From the NCBI GenBank assembly GCA_964016885.1, contig OZ024741.1, positions 251,286,001-251,350,000 of the forward strand: DNA of 64,000 nucleotides. The letters run 5' to 3'. The notes under the pieces are model-generated. The model ran no database searches and had not been told where the DNA came from. It saw nothing but the letters and a program-made list of their open reading frames with translations. Both the position numbers and the translations under genes were made by a program. Shown here piece by piece: positions 55,282 through 64,000 of this stretch (position 1 is its first letter; every line of letters begins with the position of its first letter). The stretch comes from Eledone cirrhosa. Its lineage: Eukaryota.

Positions 55282-55477
55282 CGATTTGGGAGCTATTTCT
55301 ACCAAGCCGGTCGAATGCCCATGTACTGGCTCCCTTTGTATGATATGGTGTACGTATAAAATAAATATGTGTATGTATGCCTGTCTGCGTGTGTGTGTAT
55401 ATATCCCGGTGTGAACTTTGTGAATGTAAATTGTTCTTGTGACTGTAGTACAGGAGAGAGATGAAGAGTAGAGATGA

Positions 55478-55520
<43 letters not shown>

Positions 55521-56048
55521 AAGAGAGAGGGGGGGGAGTTAATGGAGAGTAAGAATACAGAGAGAGTGATGGTGATAAACAGCGAGAGGAGGATATCGAT
55601 AGACAGATAAATTGAGAGAGGTGGGGGGTAGGCAGGAAGAGATATGGATAAACAGAGGGTGATGGGGGTGGGGGTAAAGAGATGCATGTGATGAGAGAGG
55701 GGGAGAGAGGTGTGTGTGTAGAGAGAGAAAAAAAATAGTGATGAGGAGGAGAAGGGTGAGGAGTGGTCAGGCGACATTAAACTACAGACTGGCTGTAGTA
55801 TATATATATATACACTCATGCATACACATACAGACATAATTGCATACGTACATACTGACAGACAGACATAAATAAAATCCGACTGGGATACACCATTTCA
55901 TGTATGTCACTCTCTCTATATATATATATAATATATATATATATATATACACACACATATAGCCAAAACTTTAAAAAAATAAAACTCATACTCTACTCAC
56001 ATGTATTGAGTACTTACTCAGTTAGTGTTTGACTTTTCTATGTATGTG

Positions 56049-56084
<36 letters not shown>

Positions 56085-56709
56085 ATATTATGTGATTATA
56101 ATTGTGAGGATACTGTGTATTTCAAAATTTCAAAGGGTATATTTATTTAAAATACAGAATAAAATCTGGTCACAATGTCTATATATATATATATGGTGTA
56201 TATAAATATATAATGTTGTCTATTTTTGTGCAATGAAGGTATGCATACAGACTTTACAAATAACAAAACTCAACCGTCACCCCTTTCCCTCATATAACAA
56301 AAATAAAGACAACAAACCATTAGGATCCATTTATTTCCCTCCCCACCTGACCATTATATCTCAATAGTGGATCTGTTACCTGTGGCAAGGTTTCTTGCTA
56401 CATATGTTAGTATATCTATCAAACCTCCTCTATCAGGTATATTTATCTGGCTATTTCACTGTGGATGATTTGGGAGCTATTTCTACCAAGCCGGTCGAAT
56501 GCCCATGTACTGGCTCCCTTTGTATGATATGGTGTACTTATAAAATAAATATGTGTATGTATGACTGTCTGCATGTGTGTATGTATGTGTGTATATATAT
56601 CCCGGTGTGAACTTTGTGAATGTAAATTGTTCTTGTGACAGTAGTACAGTTTAGTACAGGAGAGAGATGAAGAGTAGAGAGGAAAATATATATATATATA
56701 TATATATAT

Positions 56710-56744
<35 letters not shown>

Positions 56745-56764
56745 GAGTAATGGAGAGTAAGAAT
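55282..56764 (+). repeat. ~280-bp direct duplication (55282-55556 / 56467-56764)
   Basis: GATTTGGGAGCTATTTCTACCAAGCCGGTCGAATGCCCATG...ATGGAGAGTAAGAAT occurs in both. Confidence 0.9.
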
Positions 56765-56771
56765 CTTTACA

Positions 56772-58100
56772 CTACACCTGTTGATCTTTCTATCTGACTA
56801 CACAGTTCATCTATAAGTCTGTCTACATTATATACCTGTTATTACTGGCTCCATACTACACCTGTTGATCTTTCTATTTGACTACACAGTTCATCTATAA
56901 GTCTGTCTACATTATATACCTGTTAATACTGGCTCCATACTACACCTGTTGAGCTATTTGACTACACAGTTCATCTATAAGTCTGTCTACATTATATACC
57001 TGTTAATACTGGCTCCATACTACACCTGTTGAGCTATTTGACTACACAGTTCATCTATAAGTCTGTCTACATTATATACCTGTTAATACTGGCTCCATAC
57101 TACACCTGTTGAGCTATTTGACTACACAGTTCATCTATAAGTCTATCTACATTATATACCTGTTATTACTGCTTCCATACTACACCTGTTGAGCTATTTG
57201 ACTACACAGTTCATCTATAAGTCTGTCTACATTATATACCTGTTAATCCTGCTTCCATACTACACCTGTTGAGCTATTTGACTACACAGTTCATCTATAA
57301 GTCTATCTACATTATATACCTGTTAGTACTGGCTCCATACTACATCTGTTGAGCTATTTGACTACACAGTTCATCTATAAGTCTATCTACATTATATACC
57401 TGTTAATACTGCCTCCATACTACATCTGTTGAGCTATTTGACTACACAGTTCATCTATAAGTCTGTCTCCATTATATACCTGTTAATACTGGCTCCATAC
57501 TACACCTGTTGAGCTATCTGACTACACAGTTCATCTATAAGTCTGTCTACATTATATACCTGTTAATACTGGCTCCATACTACACCTGTTGAGCTATCTG
57601 ACTACACAGTTCATCTATAAGTCTATTTACATTATATACCTGTTATTACTGCCTCCATACTACATCTGTTGAGCTATTTAACTACACAGTTCATCTATAA
57701 GTCTGTCTACATTATATACCTGTTAATACTGGCTCCATACTACACCTGTTGAGCTATTTGACTACACAGTTCATCTATAAGTCTGTCTCCATTATATACC
57801 TGTTAATACTGGCTCCATACTACACCTGTTGAGCTATCTGACTACACAGTTCATCTATAAGTCTGTCTACATTATATACCTGTTAATACTGGCTCCATAC
57901 TACACCTGTTGAGCTATTTAACTACACAGTTCATCTATAAGTCTATCTACATTATATACCTGTTAATACTGGCTCCATACTACACCTGTTGAGCTATTTA
58001 ACTACACAGTTCATCTATAAGTCTATCTGCATTATATACCTGTTAGTACTGGCTCCATACTACACCTGTTGAGCTATTTGACTACACAATTCATCTATAA
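56772..58100. repeat. 80-bp minisatellite (~16.5 copies)
   Basis: TACACCTGTTGAGCTATTTGACTACACAGTTCATCTATAAGTCTGTCTACATTATATACCTGTTAATACTGGCTCCATAC with period 80 (56941, 57021, 57101...). Confidence 0.95.
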
Positions 58101-58402
58101 ATAATGCTGGACTTTATAAGCTAAATAAGCTATAGCATGAGGCAACACACCCTGGGTGGTTAACTTTTTAAAATATCCGTAGTAACGTGTGCTTACACAG
58201 TATTTGACTAAATAGAATTAGTCTGTTGATTGGTATTTAAAAAAAACCCTCTGAATGGAAAAAAGGATGAGTATTGACATACATGGGACACAAACCCACA
58301 TCTTTGGTTTGCCGGACCAATGTGTACCATTACACCAACACGCCACCCATGCTTCCTTCCATTCAATTATTTTGTTGGTTTTTATTTTTAACACTAAATC
58401 AT

Positions 58403-58458
<56 letters not shown>

Positions 58459-59540
58459 ATAAGGTTATAGTGAATAGTTCACTATTTTCATTGGTAAGAT
58501 GAGTTAAACTCAATGCACTTTTTTTACACTTCTTTCTTCAGGAACGAACATAAACTGGATGAATAATATTAATATATATATATATATATATATACATATG
58601 TATAATTTATTCTTTATCATTATTATTAATATGAAAAATGATATTTTTTTAGGGAAGGGACTTAAATTTCGTGTTGGACCTCATCAAGTGAAAACCTGGT
58701 CCTGTCTGTTGACACAACAAACTTGTTAATCTGTCTATCTCATAGCAAAACTGTTGATCTTTCTATTGACATATAACTGTTTTGTTTGTTTTGTCTATCT
58801 TGGACTGAGTTCTTGAGCAAAACACTTAATTTTACATTGTTCCAGTCCACTGAGCTGAAAATTAGTACCAGCAGTAGAGGATGGTGGTTAACCTTATAAT
58901 GGACTAACACCTTATATAGGGAGAAGTCTTGCTGTCTCAGTTGCTTAACAACAATGAAACTTGGATAAGCACCAGCCTGACAAGCCTCTGGGCTTGGGAC
59001 AGATTTTAACTTTTTTAGCTATCTAACTTCGCAATCTATATATTAAACTAGCTATATTGATATATAGCCTGTTAATCTGTCTATCAGATCATACAATCCA
59101 TGTTAGTCAATCTATATACACCACATTTGTTGATCTGGCTGACTATAATATGTATTAGTCTATATATACACCACAGTTATTCATCTATCAATCTAACTAT
59201 ACCATCTATCTATAAATCTGTCTATTACACTACATCTATTAATATATTCATCTAGCAATAAAATTCATCTGTTGATCTATCTATGCATCACATCTGTTGA
59301 CCTTTGAATCTGGCAATAAAATCCATCTACTGGTCTATCTATGTATCATATCTGTTGATCTTTCTATCTGGCATTACAATCCATCTGTTAACCTAGATTG
59401 GATATTTTAAACCACTGTGTTTCAGTACAATGTTGTGTAACATGGTTTGCAAATGTGTTACACATTTTGGGGGGATGAATCAGAAACGGACAAGATATTT
59501 TGAAGCGTCTAATGTTTTAATTCACCACACCAGTGTAATA

Positions 59541-59618
59541 CAGGGTGTCCACAAAGTCACTAGACAATTTTATATATATATTTGTATAAAATTGTCTAGT
59601 GACTTTTGGGACATCCTG
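59541..59618. mobile_element. 78-bp palindromic Tc1/mariner-type MITE
   Basis: TA|CAGGGTGTCCACAAAGTCACTAGACAATTTTATA...TATAAAATTGTCTAGTGACTTTTGGGACATCCTG|TA. Confidence 0.85.
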
Positions 59619-60278
59619 TATGTATTCATATGCAATATGCTGTAGTGTTTGAGCCCCACTTCTCTTAAAACAAAAGTTCAATACTGCCTTTTTTTTATAA
59701 TAAAACCATTAAAACACTGATGCTGTGCAGTTACATTTAGCACACTTTACAGTGTGCCACACATCATAATTTCTTTCTCATTATAAACCACACCTTTTGC
59801 CTGCCTATCTGGCTACACATCAAACATTTATGTAGGTCTATCTGACTATAAAATAAATCCTTTGTCTGTCTTTCTCACTACACACTGAACTCTTTGTCTG
59901 TCTATCTGGCTACACATCAAACTTTTGGCCTGTCTATCAAGCTATGTATGACACCTGATAGTCTATCTGGGCTATGCACATTTTAGACATTAGGTATGGC
60001 AGTGTTGATCTAGTTAAATTACATCTGTTAATAGCATGATGTAGTTACATCTGTTGATGGCACAGTGTTGTTACATCTGTTAATCGCACATTGTAGTTAA
60101 ATCTGTTGATGTAACAGTGTAGTTACATCTGTTAATGTAACAGTGTAGATACATCTGTTAATGTTAGTGTAGATACATATGTATGTAACAGTGTCATTAC
60201 ATCTGTTGATGCAACAATGATGTTACAGTTGTTAATGAAACATTGTAGCTATATATATTTGTATGTATGTATATATAT

Positions 60279-60309
<31 letters not shown>

Positions 60310-62711
60310 CCGTTTTACATCCATTCTTCCACGCTAGCATGGGTTAGACGGGTTGTCCTGTTGTGGGCAGTGTCCAGTCGGGTGACCTTGTCTTGCTCAT
60401 ACGGGATATCTATATATATATTGTTATCATCATTTAATGCTCATTATCCTTTTACCCTTGCTAGCAAGGTTTGGACACATATATACATAGTATATAAAAA
60501 TATGTGCATGCATGCATGTATGTGAATATATAGGTGCGTATAAATTGTAGCAAGTTGGGAAGAATATTAATAACCTATACAACAGTGAAGTACACCAGTA
60601 AAATAGGGATGTGAGCACAACAGTGATACGAGAACCTGAGTCACTTCTCTCACTATTTCTATCTACCCATGTTGTTGGAACTAGTTCATCCTTATATAAT
60701 TGTACCTCATCCCATATCCACTGGTCTCTCACTTGACCCCATGTGAAAGTGATGATGGTGATAGGAGAGAGATTGCTTGCTCAGTGGAGGAGGGTTAGAG
60801 AGAGGGCGAGAGAGAGAGGGATAGTGAAGAAAGGAAAGAGTAAAGAAACAATGATGATGATTGAGAGAGACATTTTGGGAAGAGAGATAGATAGAGAGAT
60901 AGAATGTATATCTGATGAACACTATCATTGTTTTTTTTCTTCATAGGGAAATAAATTGATACCACAATATCTGATTCTGTCCATCACACATGAGAAATAC
61001 ATTTGATTTGTAGCCTAGTTAAGTGCCAGCACCTGGTACTACAGTACCTTCTGGAGATTTTACTCTGTTGCAAGTATTTAGTCTGCAGATAATTTCCTGA
61101 CTCCCTCCCAGCAGTCTTGGTGACTCAGGGAAGCCTCATGGGCATTAATCTTGATGCTCCTAAAAGTTGTCATGGCTTGACTACTGCTTTTCCATTCCTT
61201 CCATCAATTCTGGAAGCCCTGAAGTGGTTCAATAATATTGCCCTTCCTTTTACCTTTCTCAGAGACCTTGAAAAGGGTCATGAACATTGCCCTTCCTACT
61301 AGCAGACTTGGAGGCTTTGAAAAGGATCATGGGCCCTGCCTCTTCTCATACAAGTCTCAGAAGCCTTAAAAAGAGTCATGGATACTATCTTTCCTTCTGC
61401 TATTCTCAAGTATAAAGAAAGTGAAGGGCTAGGCTGTGATTGAACTGAAGGCAGTATTTCACTAATCCCTATTTTATCAATTATGTAGGGATGAAGGACA
61501 TAATTAATTCTGGCATAATTTGAATTCATGTCTTGGAAGTTGCAGCTATTTACAGTTCTGTCCACCTTCTAGATGTTAAGGATGGTGAGAAGAATGCTAT
61601 TATCAACTGGAAGGAAGGTATTTTATTTTATTGAAGCCATAACGTCTGCTATCTTGTGTTAAGCATAATGTCTTTTAAAGCAATAATACTTGAGATGAGA
61701 GCTTGATTAACTATTAAACAACATAAGCACATGTGTAAGGCATCAAGGGAAGGGGAACACCATTTTGCAGACTCTATACCTGGAGGGGATTATACCTTTG
61801 TAAGTGCTTAGGGTCTCCAAAGGACAATCTGGCCTTGTTTGGGATTACTTTTCAAATGAATACTGTGACCACCATAATATGCCTTTAAATCACCAAACAA
61901 CAATAAGAAGTTTGTTCATGATTCTCAGCTATTCTCCTTGCTTAAAGAAGTCAGGGAGACCAAGTATGAGTGAAATAAATCACACCCTGTACTTAAGTGA
62001 TACTATATTTTATGGACCAGAAGGATCAAAGGTAAAACTGGTCACATCCTCAGTATCAAGGTCTAGTTTAACATCTTCTTTACCTATCACAAGCATTGGA
62101 CCTTTTGGTAGCCTCTTTCAAAGCATCTCTCCAGAGTGTTCATTTCAGGGATAAGTTTCGGTCTAGGTTGTAGGCTTTCAGATCATCCCTCATTACCTCT
62201 TCCCAGGTCTTACGAGGGTGCCACCTTCCTTATCTACCAGGGGGCACAATTTTAGTACTTTGATGTATCTACCTCACACTATGGTCCACATGTCCAAACC
62301 AACCACAAATTTACCACAGCTCAGCTATACAACAGAGCAAATAAAAAATTATTATTATTATAATTACTAGTCACTTAATCATCATCATCATCATAATATT
62401 CACCCATATTACAAACTATAATATTGATGAAATAGTGTTAGTAGTGGTGTTGATGGTGTGTGATAGTAGATTGGTTTGTGGTAGTCATGTTTAGTGTGGT
62501 AAAATTTGATTCAAAATTTGAGACATGATTCTCTCTTAATTCCTATATATGCATAAGCACAATCACACACATACACACATAATATACATATGCATATTTA
62601 TAAACACACAATATGTATGTGTATATATATATATATATATATATCAGATTTAGTAGTGTGATGGCAATTATCAAAAAATCAATTAGTGTTATCAAATTAA
62701 TTAATTAAAAA

Positions 62712-62787
<76 letters not shown>

Positions 62788-62898
62788 ATTTACTCATATA
62801 TACATATATATATAGATATATATAGATATATATACATATATACATATAAATATATATATATATTTACACATAATTATATATATATATATATATATAAT

Positions 62899-62929
<31 letters not shown>

Positions 62930-62975
62930 ACATATATATATATATACATATATATACATGGAGGATAGATGTTAA

Positions 62976-63007
<32 letters not shown>

Positions 63008-63220
63008 ATATATATGTGTGGTGAAGGAGGTAATTGCCCATTTCTGTATTTGTTTATGTCCTGTAACATAGCAGTTTGACAAAATAAGATCGATAAATTA
63101 AGCATTGGTGTTGATATCATCAACTAAATCCCTCAAGGGGTGCCCTTGCATGATTGCAGCCTAATGATTGAAGCCAGTAAAGAGTAACTCTATATTATGT
63201 ATATATATATATATATATAA

Positions 63221-63385
63221 CGGAGGAAATGTGGTAAGGAACCAGGTGGACCATAACGCACCAAAGTACTCAATACTTAGGGTAGTAGAGTGGGTAATAG
63301 GAACGAGTAGGACCCCGACGGCTGAGTCCAGAATTAGCCGTCGAAACGGCTTGAGCTCAGCCGTCGGGGTCCTACTCGTTCCTAT
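63221..63385 (+). mobile_element. Hairpin-ended element, copy C
   Basis: The constant segment, then perfect 30-bp arms (63297-63326 / 63356-63385) enclosing the inner hairpin AGCCGT-CGAA-ACGGCT, with (TA)n flanks. Confidence 0.85.
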
Positions 63386-63555
63386 ATATATATATCTTTA
63401 ATTTATATAGAAATGACATCAACAGGTCTAGAACTGTTTCATTCGTATGAAATCATGAAGACTGACTATTTTCTGTTACACATCGAGAATCCACTCATGA
63501 TATATACACACACATACATACATATATACACACACATAACCATATATATATATAT

Positions 63556-63667
63556 ATAAATTAATAAAAATAATGAATAAAAACAAAGAAACAGTTCCTT
63601 ATATTAAAAATTTTTTTAATATAAGGAACTGTTGCTTTGTTTTTATTCATTATTTTTATTAATTTAT
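63556..63667. repeat. 112-bp near-perfect AT-rich palindrome
   Basis: ATAAATTAATAAAAATAATGAATAAAAACAAAGAAACAGTTCCTTATATTAAAAA and its reverse complement, with one arm mismatch and a loop of about 2 nt. Confidence 0.92.
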
Positions 63668-63794
63668 CTTGACTCTGTTTTCCTGTGTTTTTCATCGAAA
63701 AAATTTTGAATACATCTTCTCTTTTCATGATATTTGGATTACATTGAGTTCTTCATACGGATTGGACACTACCGTATATTTTGGTAGATTTATC

Positions 63795-63854
<60 letters not shown>

Positions 63855-63943
63855 TCCAGCAATCCGTTTAAAGCCCATACATACTGTTTGAATACATAAT
63901 TTACCAAAATGGACTTATACAACCATCAGTAATAATAGAAACT

Positions 63944-63996
<53 letters not shown>

Positions 63997-64000
63997 GCTG

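Noticed and set aside
60500-62300. Possible decayed retroelement or exon-containing region
   Set aside because: The sequence is complex, but I could not recognise any protein motif; it needs BLASTX.
63327-63355. Hammerhead ribozyme in the hairpin element (CGAAAC motif)
   Set aside because: There is no CUGANGA upstream on either strand; CGAA is the loop of a small hairpin.

Overview
AT-rich, repeat-saturated animal genomic DNA, most likely a cephalopod (Octopus-like), judged from the protocadherin type and the SINE/RTE/(TA)n landscape. One host gene is supported: a minus-strand protocadherin (signal peptide, 6 EC repeats, TM) encoded in one 2.4-kb exon (acceptor before 11050, ATG 11018, donor after 8613). 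It has a candidate short terminal exon at 8143-8114 and a candidate CpG-rich 5' exon about 43 kb upstream (~54482). The rest is a decayed DD37D/maT-like mariner, two long RTE LINEs carrying a PHD finger, CR1-like and RTE fragments (one nested, with a 12-bp TSD), three or more SINE families often in tandem arrays, MITEs, many mini/microsatellites and a 200-N gap. The most unusual feature is a (TA)n-embedded element family with a constant ~80-bp arm joined to a branched terminal hairpin whose arms co-vary between copies. There is also a set of (TA)n-embedded hammerhead-like (Penelope-type) remnants. All coordinates and alignments were read by eye.
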